NCBI GenBank assembly: GCA_964016885.1
Contig: OZ024741.1
Coordinates: forward strand, 13,702,001 to 13,766,000
Origin: Eledone cirrhosa
Lineage: Eukaryota
Length of the DNA stretch: 64,000 nucleotides
Direction: 5' to 3'
The position numbers and the translations under genes are program-made. Shown piece after piece: positions 35,106-47,700 of this stretch. The notes beneath the pieces are model-generated. The model ran no database searches. It was not told the DNA's origin and saw only the letters and a list, made by a program, of their open reading frames with translations. Numbering within the stretch: the first letter of the stretch is position 1; every line of letters begins with the position of its first letter.

Positions 35106-35784
35106 CTGCAATACAATATATAAGTGAATCTAATGTTATACCACAGCATAAACACTGCAGTAGTATTGACTGTTAGTAGTTTGGTGGTCGTTGTAGTGGT
35201 ATGGTAGTGTTGTGGTGGTAGTGGTGGTGGTGGTGGTGTAGTGGTGGTGTAGTGGTAGTGTAGTAGTGCTGGTGGTGTAGTGGTTCTAGTGGTGTAGCAG
35301 TGCTGGTGGTGCAGTGGTGCTGGTGGAGTAGCGGTGTTGGTGGTGCAGTGGTGCTGGTGGTGTAGGGGTTCTAGTGGTGGTGGTGGAGTAGTGGTGTAGT
35401 AGTCGTGGTGGTGTAGTGGTGCTGGTGGTGTAGTGATAGTCGTGGTGCTGGTGGTGGTGTATTGGTAGTGGTGGTGTATTGGTGCTGATGGTGTGGTGGT
35501 GGTGTAATGGTGCTGTTGGTGGTGATGGTGTTGTAGTAGTGCTGGTGGTATAGTGGTGGTGGTGTAGTGGTAGTGTTGGTGGTGTAGTGGTACTGGTGGT
35601 GGTGTAGTGGTACTGGTGGTGTAGTGGTACTGGTGGTGTAGTGGAGGTAGGGGGTTGTAGTGGTGCTGGTGGCGTAGTGGTTCTAGTGGTGGTGGTGGTG
35701 GTGGTAGTGGTAGTGTTGGTGTTGTGGAGTAGTGGTAGTGATGGTGGTGGTTTGTAGTGGTTCTGGTGGTGTGGTGGTGTAGTG

Positions 35785-38700
35785 ATAGTGGTGCTGACTG
35801 TAGTGTTAGATGTAGTGGCTGTAGTGGTAGTGGTGGTGACTGTAGTGTTAGATGTAGTGGCTGTAGTGGTAGTGGCGGTGACTCAAGTGTTAGATGTAGT
35901 GGCTGTAGTGGTAGTGGTGGTGACTGCAGTGTTAGATGTAGTGGCTGTAGTGGTAGTGGTGGTGACTGCAGTGTTAGATGTAGTAGCTGTAGTGGTAGTG
36001 GTGGTGACTGTAGTGTTAGATGTAGTGGCTGTAGTGGTAGTGGTGGTGTCTGCAGTGTTAGACGTAGTGGCTGTAGTGGTAGTGGTGGTGACTGTAGTGT
36101 TAGATATAGTGGCTGTAGTGGTAGTGGTGCTGACTGCAGTGTTAGATGTAGTGGCTGTAGTGGTAGTGGTGGTGACTGCAGTGTTAGATATAGTGGCTGT
36201 AGTGGTAGAGGTGGTGACTGTAGTGTTACATGTAGTGGTAGTAGTGCTGACTGTAGTGTTACATGTAGTGGCTGTAGTGGTAGTGGTGGTGACTGTAGTG
36301 TTAGATGTAGTGGCTGTAGTGGTAGTGGTGGTGACTGTAGTGTTACATGTAGTGGTAGTAGTGCTGACTGTAGTGTTACATGTAGTGGCTGTAGTGGTAG
36401 TGGTGGTGACTGCAGTGTTAGATGTAGTGGCTGTAGTGGTAGTGGTGCTGACTGCAGTGTTAGATGTAGTGGCTGTAGTGGTAGTGGTGGTGACTGTAGT
36501 GTTAGATGTAGTGGCTGTAGTGGTAGTTGTGGGTAGTGTAGTGTTAGATGTAGTGGCTGTAGTGGTAGTGGTGGTGGGAGCAGTGTTAGTTGTAGTGGCT
36601 GTAGTGGTAGTGGTGGTGACTGCAGTGTTAGATGTAGTGGCTGTAGTGGTAGTGATGGTGGCTGCAGTGTTAGTTGTAGTGGCTGTAGTGGTAGTGGTGG
36701 TGACTGCAGTGTTAGATGTAGTGGCTGTAGTGGTAGTGATGGTGGCTGCAGTGTTAGTTGTAGTGGCTGTAGTGGTAGTGGTGGTGACTGCAGTGTTAGA
36801 TGTAGTGGCTGTAGTGGTAGTGATGGTGGCTGCAGTGTTAGTTGTAGTGGCTGTAGTGGTAGTGGTGGGGACTGCAGTGTTAGATGTAGTGGCTGTAGTG
36901 GTAGTGATGGTGGCTGCAGTGTTAGTTGTAGTGGCTGTAGTGGTAGTGGTGGTGACTGCAGTGTTAGATGTAGTGGCTGTAGTGGTAGTGATGGTGGCTG
37001 CAGTGTTAGTTGTAGTGGCTGTAGTGGTAGTGGTGGGGACTGCAGTGTTAGATGTAGTGGCTGTAGTGGTAGTGATGGTGGCTGCAGTGTTAGTTGTAGT
37101 GGCTGTAGTGGTAGTGGTGGGGACTGCAGTGTTAGATGTAGTGGCTGTAGTGGTAGTGATGGTGGCTGCAGTGTTAGTTGTAGTGGCTGTAGTGGTAGTG
37201 GTGGTGACTGCAGTGTTAGATGTAGTGGCTGTAGTGGTAGTGATGGTGGCTGCAGTGTTAGTTGTAGTGGCTGTAGTGGTAGTGGTGGGGACTGCAGTGT
37301 TAGATGTAGTGGCTGTAGTGGTAGTGATGGTGGCTGCAGTGTTAGTTGTAGTGGCTGTAGTGGTAGTGGTGGTGACTGCAGTGTTAGATGTAGTGGCTGT
37401 AGTGGTAGTGATGGTGGCTGCAGTGTTAGTTGTAGTGGCTGTAGTGGTAGTGGTGGGGACTGCAGTGTTAGTTGTAGTGGCTGTAGTGGTAGTGGTGGGG
37501 ACTGCAGTGTTAGTTGTAGTGGCTGTAGTGGTAGTGATGGTGGCTGCAGTGTTAGTTGTAGTGGCTGTAGTGGTAGTGATGGTGGCTGCAGTGTTAGATG
37601 TAGTGGCTGTAGTTGTAGTAGTGCTGACTGTAGTGTTACATGTAGTGGTAGTGGTGGTGACTGCAGTGTTAGATGTAGTGGCTGTAGTGGTAGTGGTGGG
37701 GACTGCAGTGTTAGATGTAGTGGCTGTAGTGGTAGTGGTGGTGACTGTAGTGTTACATGTAGTGGCTGTAGTGGTAGTGGTGGGGACTGCAGTGTTAGTT
37801 GTAGTGGCTGTAGTGGTAGTGGTGGGGACTGCAGTGTTAGATGTAGTGGCTGTAGTGGTAGTGGTGGTGACTGTAGTGTTACATGTAGTGGCTGTAGTGG
37901 TAGTGGTGGGGACTGCAGTGTTAGATGTAGTGGCTGTAGTGGTAGTGATGGTGGCTGCAGTGTTAGTTGTAGTGGCTGTAGTGGTAGTGGTGGTGACTGC
38001 AGTGTTAGATGTAGTGGCTGTAGTGGTAGTGGTGGGGACTGCAGTGTTAGTTGTAGTGGCTGTAGTGGTAGTGGTGGTGACTGCAGTGTTAGATGTAGTG
38101 GCTGTAGTGGTAGTGATGGTGGCTGCAGTGTTAGTTGTAGTGGCTGTAGTGGTAGTGGTGGGGACTGCAGTGTTAGTTGTAGTGGCTGTAGTGGTAGTGG
38201 TGGTGACTGCAGTGTTAGATGTAGTGGCTGTAGTGGTAGTGGTGGGGACTGCAGTGTTAGTTGTAGTGGCTGTAGTGGTAGTGGTGGTGACTGCAGTGTT
38301 AGATGTAGTGGCTGTAGTGGTAGTGATGGTGGCTGCAGTGTTAGTTGTAGTGGCTGTAGTGGTAGTGGTGGGGACTGCAGTGTTAGTTGTAGTGGCTGTA
38401 GTGGTAGTGATGGTGGCTGCAGTGTTAGTTGTAGTGGCTGTAGTGGTAGTGGTTGTGACTGCAGTGTTAGATGTAGTGGCTGTAGTGGTAGTGATGGTGG
38501 CTGCAGTGTTAGTTGTAGTGGCTGTAGTGGTAGTGGTGGTGACTGCAGTGTTAGATGTAGTGGCTGTAGTGGTAGTGATGGTGGCTGCAGTGTTAGTTGT
38601 AGTGGCTGTAGTGGTAGTGGTGGGGACTGCAGTGTTAGTTGTAGTGGCTGTAGTGGTAGTGGTGGGGACTGCAGTGTTAGTTGTAGTGGCTGTAGTGGTA

Positions 38701-41700
38701 GTGATGGTGGCTGCAGTGTTAGTTGTAGTGGCTGTAGTGGTAGTGGTGGTGACTGCAGTGTTAGATGTAGTGGCTGTAGTGGTAGTGGTGGGGACTGCAG
38801 TGTTAGTTGTAGTGGCTGTAGTGGTAGTGATGGTGGCTGCAGTGTTAGTTGTAGTGGCTGTAGTGGTAGTGGTGGGGACTGCAGTGTTAGATGTAGTGGC
38901 TGTAGTGGTAGTGGTGGTGACTGTAGTGTTACATGTAGTGGCTGTAGTGGTAGTGGTGGTGACTGTAGTGTTAGATGTAGTGGCTGTAGTGGTAGTGATG
39001 GTGGCTGCAGTGTTAGTTGTAGTGGCTGTAGTGGTAGTGGTGGGGACTGCAGTGTTAGTTGTAGTGGCTGTAGTGGTAGTGATGGTGGCTGCAGTGTTAG
39101 TTGTAGTGGCTGTAGTGGTAGTGGTGGTGACTGCAGTGTTAGATGTAGTGGCTGTAGTGGTAGTGGTGGTGACTGTAGTGTTAGATGTAGTGGCTGTAGT
39201 TGTAGTAGTGCTGACTGCAGTGTTAGATGTAGTGGCTGTAGTGGTAGTGGTGGTGACTGCAGTGTTAGATATAGTGGCTGTAGTGGTAGAGGTGGTGACT
39301 GCAGTGTTAGATGTAGTGGCTGTAGTGGTAGTGGTGGTGACTGCAGTGTTAGATGTAGTGGCTGTAGTGGTAGTGGTGGTGACTGTAGTGTTAGATGTAG
39401 TGGCTGTAGTGGTAGTGGTGGTGACTGTAGTGTTAGATGTAGTGGCTGTAGTGGTAGTGGTGGTGACTGCAGTGTTAGATGTAGTGGCTGTAGTGGTAGT
39501 GGTGGTGACTGTAGTGTTAGATGTAGTGGCTGTAGTGGTAGTGGTGGTGACTGCAGTGTTAGATGTAGTGGCTGTAGTGGTAGTGGTGGTGACTGCAGTG
39601 TTAGATGTAGTGGCTGCAGTTGTAGTAGTGCTGACTGTAGTGTTACATGTAGTGGCTGTAGTGGTAGTGGTGGTGACTGTAGTGTTACATGTAGTGGCTG
39701 TAGTGGTAGTAGTGGTGACTGTAGTGGCTGTAGTGGTAGTAGTGGTGACTGCAGTGTTAGATGTAGTGGCTGTAGTGGTAGTAGTGGTGACTGTAGTGTT
39801 AGATGTAGTGGCTGTAGTGGTAGTGGTGCTGACTGCAGTGTTAGATGTAGTGGCTGTAGAGGTAGTGGTGCTGACTGCAGTGTTAGATGTAGTGGCTGTA
39901 GTGGTAGTGGTGGGGACTGCAGTGTTAGATGTAGTGGCTGTAGTGGTAGTGGTGGTGACTGCAGTGTTAGATGTAGTGGCTGTAGTGGTAGTGGTGGTGA
40001 CTGCAGTGTTAGATGTATTGGCTGTAGTGGTAGTGGTGGTGACTGTAGTGTTAGTTGTAGTAGCTGTAGTGGTAGTGGTGTTGACTGTAGTGTTAGATGT
40101 AGTGGCTGTAGTGGTAGTGGTGGTGACTGTAGTGTTAGATGTAGTGGTTGCAGTGGTAGTGGTGCTGACTGCAGTGTTAGATGTAGTGGCTGTAGTGGTA
40201 GTGGTGGTGACTGCAGTGTTAGATGTAGTGGCTGTAGTGGTAGTGGTGATGACTGCAGTGTTAGATGTAGTGGCTGTAGTGGTAGTGGTGGTGACTGCAG
40301 TGTTAGATGTAGTGGCTGTAGTGGTAGTGGTGGTGACTGCAGTGTTAGTTGTAGTGGCTGTAGTGGTAGTGGTGGGGACTGCAGTGTTAGATGTAGTGGC
40401 TGTAGTGGTAGTGGTGCTGACTGTAGTGTTAGATGTAGTGGCTGTAGTGGTAGTGGTGGTGACTGTAGTGTTACATGTAGTGGCTGTAGTGGTAGTGGTG
40501 GTGACTGTAGTGTTAGATGTAGTGGCTGTAGTGGTAGTGGTGGTGACTGTAGTGTTACATGTAGTGGCTGTAGTGGTAGTGGTGGTGACTGTAGTGTTAG
40601 GTGTAGTGGCTGTAGTGGTAGTAGTGGTGACTGTAGTGTTACATGTAGTGGCTGTAGTGGTAGTGGTGGTGACTGTAGTGTTAGATGTAGTGGCTGTAGT
40701 GGTAGTGGTGATGACTGTAGTGTTAGATGTAGTGGTTGCAGTGGTAGTGGTGCTGACTGCAGTGTTAGATGTAGTGGCTGTAGTGGTAGTGGTGGTGACT
40801 GTAGTGTTAGATGTAGTGGCTGTAGTGGTAGTGGTGGTGACTGCAGTGTTAGTTGTAGTGGCTGTAGTGGTAGCGGTGCTGACTGTAGTGTTAGATGTAG
40901 TGGTAGTGGTGGTAGTGGTGGTGACTGCAGTGTTAGTTGTAGTGGCTGTAGTGGTAGTGGTGGTGACTGCAGTGTTAGTTGTAGTGGCTGTAGTGGTAGC
41001 GGTGCTGACTGTAGTGTTAGATGTAGTGGCTGTAGTGGTAGTGGTGGGGACTGCAGTGTTAGATGTAGTGGCTGTAGTGGTAGTGGTTGTGACTGCAGTG
41101 TTAGATGTAGTGGCTGTAGTGGTAGTGGTGCTGACTGTAGTGTTAGATGTAGTGGCTGTAGTGGTAGTGGTGGGGACTGCAGTGTTAGATGTAGTGGCTG
41201 TAGTGGTAGTGGTTGTGACTGCAGTGTTAGATGTAGTGGCTGTAGTGGTAGTGGTTGTGACTGCAGTGTTAGATGTAGTGGCTGTAGTGGTAGTGGTGCT
41301 GACTGCAGTGTTAGATGTAGTGGCTGTAGTGGTAGTGGTGGGGACTGTAGTGTTAGATGTAGTGGCTGTAGTGGTAGTAGTGGTGACTGTAGTGTTAGAT
41401 GTAGTGGCTGTAGTGGTAGTGGTGCTGACTGCAGTGTTAGATGTAGTGGCTGTAGTGGTAGTGGTGCTGACTGCAGTGTTAGATATAGTGGCTGTAGTGG
41501 TAGTGGTGGTGACTGCAGTGTTAGTTGTAGTGGCTGTTGTGGTAGTGGTGGTGACTGCAGTGTTAGATGTAGTGGCTGTAGTGGTAGTGGTGGTGACTGC
41601 AGTGTTAGTTGTAGTGGCTGTAGTGGTAGTGGTGGGGACTGCAGTGTTACATGTAGTGGCTGTAGTGGTAGTGGTGCTGACTGCAGTGTTAGATGTAGTG

Positions 41701-44700
41701 GCTGTAGTGGTAGTGGGGGTGACTGTAGTGTTAGTTGTAGTGGCTGTAGTGGTAGTGGTGGTGACTGCAGTGTTAGATATAGTGGCTGTAGTGGTAGTGG
41801 TGGGGACTGCAGTGTTACATGTAGTGGCTGTAGTGGTAGCGGTGCTGACTGTAGTGTTAGATGTAGTGGCTGTAGTGGTAGTGGTGGGGACTGCAGTGTT
41901 AGATGTAGTGGCTGTAGTGGTAGTGGTGGTGACTGTAGTGTTAGTTGTAGTGGCTGTCGTGGTAGTGGTTGTGACTGCAGTGTTAGATGTAGTGGCTGTA
42001 GTGGTAGTGGTTGTGACTGCAGTGTTAGATGTAGTGGCTGTAGTGGTAGTGGTGGTGACTGCAGTGTTAGATGTAGTGGCTGTAGTGGTAGTTGTGGGGA
42101 GTGTAGTGTTAGATGTTGTGGCTGTAGTGGTAGTGGTGGTGACTGCAGTGTTAGATGTAGTGGCTGTAGTGGTAGTGGTGCTGACTGCAGTGTTAGATGT
42201 AGTGGCTGTAGTGGTAGTGGTGGTGACTGTAGTGTTAGATGTAGTGGCTGTAGTTGTAGTAGTGCTGACTGTAGTGTTACATGTAGTGGCTGTAGTGGTA
42301 GTGGTGGTGACTGTAGTGTTACATGTAGTGGCTGTAGTGGTAGTAGTGGTGACTGTAGTGGCTGTAGTGGTAGTAGTGGTGACTGTAGTGTTAGATGTAG
42401 TGGCTGTAGTGGTAGTGGTGGTGACTGCATTGTTAGATGTAGTGGCTGTAGTGGTAGTAGTGGTGACTGTAGTGTTAGATGTAGTGGCTGTAGTGGTAGT
42501 GGTGCTGACTGCAGTGTTAGATGTAGTGGCTGCAGTGGTAGTGGTGGTGACTGCAGTGTTAGATGTAGTGGCTGTAGTGGTAGTGGTGGTGACTGTAGTG
42601 TTAGATATAGTGGCTGTAGTGGTAGTGGTGGTGACTGTAGTGTTAGATGTAGTGGCTGTAGTGGTAGTGGTGCTGACTGCAGTGTTAGATGTAGTGGCTG
42701 TAGTGGTAGTGGTGCTGATTGCAGTGTTAGATGTAGTGGCTGCAGTGGTAGTGGTGGTGACTGCAGTGTTAGATGTAGTGGCTGTAGTGGTAGTGGTGCT
42801 GACTGCAGTGTTAGATATAGTGGCTGTAGTGGTAGTGGTGGTGACTGTAGTGTTAGATGTAGTGGCTGTAGTGGTAGTGGTGCTGACTGCAGTGTTAGAT
42901 GTAGTGGCTGCAGTGGTAGTGGTGGTGACTGCAGTGTTAGATGTAGTGGCTGTAGTGGTAGTGGTGGTGACTGTAGTGTTAGATGTAGTGGTAGTGGTGC
43001 TGACTGCAGTGTTAGATATAGTGGCTGTAGTGGTAGTGGTGGTGACTGTAGTGTTAGTTGTAGTAGCTGTAGTGGTAGTGGTGGTGACTGTAGTGTTAGA
43101 TGTAGTGGCTGTAGTGGTAGTGGTGGTGACTGTAGTGTTAGTTGTAGTAGCTGCAGTGGTAGTGGTGGTGACTGTAGTGTTAGATGTAGTGGCTGTAGTG
43201 GTAGTGGTGCTGACTGCAGTGTTAGATGTAGTGGCTGTAGTGGTAGTGGTGGTGACTGCAGTGTTAGATGTAGTGGCTGTAGTGGTAGTGGTGATGACTG
43301 CAGTGTTAGATGTAGTGGCTGTAGTGGTAGTGGTGGTGACTGCAGTGTTAGATGTAGTGGCTGTAGTGGTAGTGGTGGTGACTGCAGTGTTAGATGTAGT
43401 GGCTGTAGTGGTAGTGGTGGTGACTGTAGTGTTAGATGTAGTGGCTGTAGTGGTAGTGGTGGTGACTGTAGTGTTAGATGTAGTGGCTGTAGTGGTAGTG
43501 GTGGTGACTGTAGTGTTAGATGTAGTGGCTGTAGTGGTAGTAGTGGTGACTGTAGTGTTACATGTAGTGGCTGTAGTGGTAGTGGTGGGGACTGCAGTGT
43601 TAGATGTAGTGGCTGTAGTGGTAGTGGTGGTGACTGCAGTGTTAGATGTAGTGGCTGTAGTGGTAGTGGTGGTGACTGTAGTGTTAGATGTAGTGGCTGT
43701 AGTGGTAGTGGTGGTGACTGCAGTGTTAGATGTAGTGGCTGTAGTGGTAGTGGTGCTGACTGCAGTGTTAGATGTAGTGGCTGTAGTGGTAGTGGTGGTG
43801 ACTGCAGTGTTAGATGTAGTGGCTGTAGTGGTAGTGGAGCTGACTGCAGTGTTAGATGTAGTGGCTGTAGTGGTAGTGGTGGTGACTGTAGTGTTAGATG
43901 TAGTGGCTGTAGTGGTAGTGGTGGTGACTGTAGTGTTAGATGTAGTGGCTGTAGTGGTAGTGGTGCTGACTGTAGTGTTAGAGGTAGTGGCTGTAGTGGT
44001 AGTGGTGGTGACTGTAGTGTTAGATGTAGTGGCTGTAGTGGTAGTGGTGGTGACTGCAGTGTTAGATGTAGTGGCTGTAGTGGTAGTGGTGGTGACTGTA
44101 GTGTTAGATGTAGTGGCTGTAGTGGTAGTGGTGGTGACTGCAGTGTTAGATGTAGTGGCTGTAGTGGTAGTGGTTGTGACTGTAGTGTTAGATGTAGTGG
44201 CTGTAGTGGTAGTGGTGGTGACTGCAGTGTTAGATGTAGTGGCTGTAGTGGTAGTGGTGGTGACTGCAGTGTTAGATGTAGTGGCTGTAGTGGTAGTGGT
44301 GGTGACTGTAGTGTTAGATGTAGTGGCTGTAGTGGTAGTGGTTGTGACTGTAGTGTTAGATGTAGTGGCTGTAGTGGTAGTGGTGGGGACTGCAGTGTTA
44401 CATGTAGTGGCTGTAGTGGTAGTGGGGGTGACTGCAGTGTTAGATGTAGTGGCTGTAGTGGTAGTAGTGGTGACTGTAGTGTTAGAGGTAGTGGCTGTAG
44501 TGGTAGTGGTGGTGACTGCAGTGTTAGATGTAGTGGCTGTAGTGGTAGTGGAGATGACTGCAGTGTTAGATGTAGTGGCTGTAGTGGTAGTGGTGGTGAA
44601 TGTAGTGTTAGATGTAGTGGCTGTAGTGGTAGTGGTGGTGACTGTAGTGTTAGATGTAGTGGCTGTAGTTGTAGTAGTGCTGACTGCAGTGTTAGATGTA

Positions 44701-47700
44701 GTGGCTGTAGTGGTAGTGGTGGTGACTGCAGTGTTAGATGTAGTGGCTGTAGTGGTAGTGGTGGTGACTGCAGTGTTAGATGTAGTGGCTGTAGTTGTAG
44801 TAGTGCTGACTGTAGTGTTACATGTAGTGGCTGTAGTGGTAGTGGTGGTGACTGTAGTGTTAGATGTAGTGGCTGTAGTTGTAGTAGTGCTGACTGTAGT
44901 GTTACATGTAGTGGCTGTAGTGGTAGTGGTGCTGACTGTAGTGTTAGATGTAGTGGCTGTAGTGGTAGTGGTGGTGACTGCAGTGTTAGATGTAGTGGCT
45001 GTAGTGGTAGTGGTGGTGACTGCAGTGTTAGATGTAGTGGCTGTAGTGGTAGTGGTGGTGACTGCACTGTTAGTTGTAGTGGCTGTAGTGGTAGTGGTGG
45101 GGACTGCAGTGTTACATGTAGTGGCTGTAGTGGTAGTGGTGCTGACTGCAGTGTTAGATATAGTGGCTGTAGTGGTAGTGGTGGTGACTGTAGTGTTAGA
45201 TATAGTGGCTGTAGTGGTAGTAGTGGTGAGTGTAGTGTTAGATGTAGTGGCTGTAGTGGTAGTGGTGGTGACTGTAGTGTTAGTTGTAGTAGCTGTAGTG
45301 GTAGTGGTGGTGACTGCAGTGTTAGATGTAGTGGCTGTAGTGGTAGTGGTGGTGACTGCAGTGTTAGTTGTAGTGGCTGTAGTGGTAGTGGTGGGGACTG
45401 CAGTGTTACATGTAGTGGCTGTAGTGGTAGCGGTGCTGACTGTAGTGTTAGATGTAGTGGCTGTAGTGGTAGTGGTGGTGACTGCAGTGTTAGATGTAGT
45501 GGCTGTAGTGGTAGTGGTGGTGACTGCAGTGTTAGATGTAGTGGCTGTAGTGGTAGTGGTGGTGACTGCACTGTTAGTTGTAGTGGCTGTAGTGGTAGTG
45601 GTGGGGACTGCAGTGTTACATGTAGTGGCTGTAGTGGTAGTGGTGCTGACTGCAGTGTTAGATATAGTGGCTGTAGTGGTAGTGGTGGTGACTGTAGTGT
45701 TAGATATAGTGGCTGTAGTGGTAGTAGTGGTGAGTGTAGTGTTAGATGTAGTGGCTGTAGTGGTAGTGGTGGTGACTGTAGTGTTAGTTGTAGTAGCTGT
45801 AGTGGTAGTGGTGGTGACTGCAGTGTTAGATGTAGTGGCTGTAGTGGTAGTGGTGGTGACTGCAGTGTTAGTTGTAGTGGCTGTAGTGGTAGTGGTGGGG
45901 ACTGCAGTGTTACATGTAGTGGCTGTAGTGGTAGCGGTGCTGACTGTAGTGTTAGATGTAGTGGCTGTAGTGGTAGTGGTGGTGACTGCAGTGTTAGATG
46001 TAGTGGCTGTAGTGGTAGTGGTGGTGACTGCAGTGTTAGATGTAGTGGCTGTAGTGGTAGTGGTGGTGACTGCAGTGTTAGATGTAGTGGCTGTAGTGGT
46101 AGTGGTGGTGACTGCAGTGTTAGATGTAGTGGCTGTAGTGGTAGTGGTGGTGACTGCAGTGTTAGATGTAGTGGCTGTAGTGGTAGTGGTGGTGACTGCA
46201 GTGTTAGATGTAGTGGCTGTAGTGGTAGTGGTGGTGACTGCAGTGTTAGATGTAGTGGCTGTAGTGGTAGTGGTGGTGACTGCAGTGTTAGATGTAGTGG
46301 CTGTTGTGGTAGTGGTGGGGACTGCAGTGTTAGATGTAGTGGCTGTAGTTGTAGTAGTGCTGACTGTAGTGTTACATGTAGTGGTAGTAGTGGTAGTGGT
46401 GGTGACTGTAGTGTTAGAGGTAGCGGCTGTAGTGGTAGTGGTGGTGACTGCAGTGTTAGATGTAGTGGCTGTAGTGGTAGTGGTGGTGACTGCAGTGTTA
46501 GTTGTAGTGGCTGTAGTGGTAGTGGTTGTGACTGCAGTGTTAGATGTAGTGGCTGTAGTGGTAGTGGTGGTGACTGTAGTGTTAGAGGTAGTGGCTGTAG
46601 TGGTAGTGGTGGTGACTGTAGTGTTAGATGTAGTGGGTGTAGTGGTAGTGGTGGTGACTGCAGTGTTAGATGTAGTGGCTGTAGTGGTAGTGGTGGTGAC
46701 TGTAGTGTTACATGTAGTGGCTGTAGTGGTAGTGGTGGTGACTGCAGTGTTAGAGGTAGTGGCTGTAGTGGTAGTGGTGGTGACTGTAGTGTTACATGTA
46801 GTGGCTGTAGTGGTAGTGGTGGTGACTGCAGTGTTAGAGGTAGTGGCTGTAGTGGTAGTGGTGGTGACTGTAGTGTTAGATGTAGTGGCTGTAGTGGTAG
46901 TGGTGGTGACTGCAGTGTTAGAGGTAGTGGCTGTAGTGGTAGTGGTGGTGACTGTAGTGTTACATGTAGTGGCTGTAGTGGTAGTGGTGGTGACTGCAGT
47001 GTTAGAGGTAGTGGCTGTAGTGGTAGTGGTGGTGACTGTAGTGTTACATGTAGTGGCTGTAGTGGTAGTGGTGGTGACTGCAGTGTTAGAGGTAGTGGCT
47101 GTAGTGGTAGTGGTGGTGACTGTAGTGTTACATGTAGTGGCTGTAGTGGTAGTGGTGGTGACTGCAGTGTTAGATGTAGTGGCTGTAGTGGTAGTGGTGG
47201 TGACTGTAGTGTTAGAGGTAGTGGCTGTAGTGGTAGTGGTGGTGACTGTAGTGTTACATGTAGTGGCTGTAGTGGTAGTGGTGGTGACTGCAGTGTTAGA
47301 GGTAGTGGCTGTAGTGGTAGTGGTGGTGACTGTAGTGTTACATGTAGTGGCTGTAGTGGTAGTGGTGGTGACTGCAGTGTTAGATGTAGTGGCTGTAGTG
47401 GTAGTGGTGGTGACTGTAGTGTTAGATGTAGTGGCTGTAGTGGTAGTGGTGGTGACTGCAGTGTTAGATGTAGTGGCTGTAGTGGTAGTAGTGGTGACTG
47501 CAGTGTTAGAGGTAGTGGCTGTAGTGGTAGTGGTGGTGACTGTAGTGTTAGATGTAGTGGCTGTAGTGGTAGTGGTGGTGACTGCAGTGTTAGATGTAGT
47601 GGCTGTAGTGGTAGTGGTGGTGACTGCAGTGTTAGTTGTAGTGGCTGTAGTGGTAGTGGTGGTGACTGCAGTGTTAGATGTAGTGGCTGTAGTGGTAGTG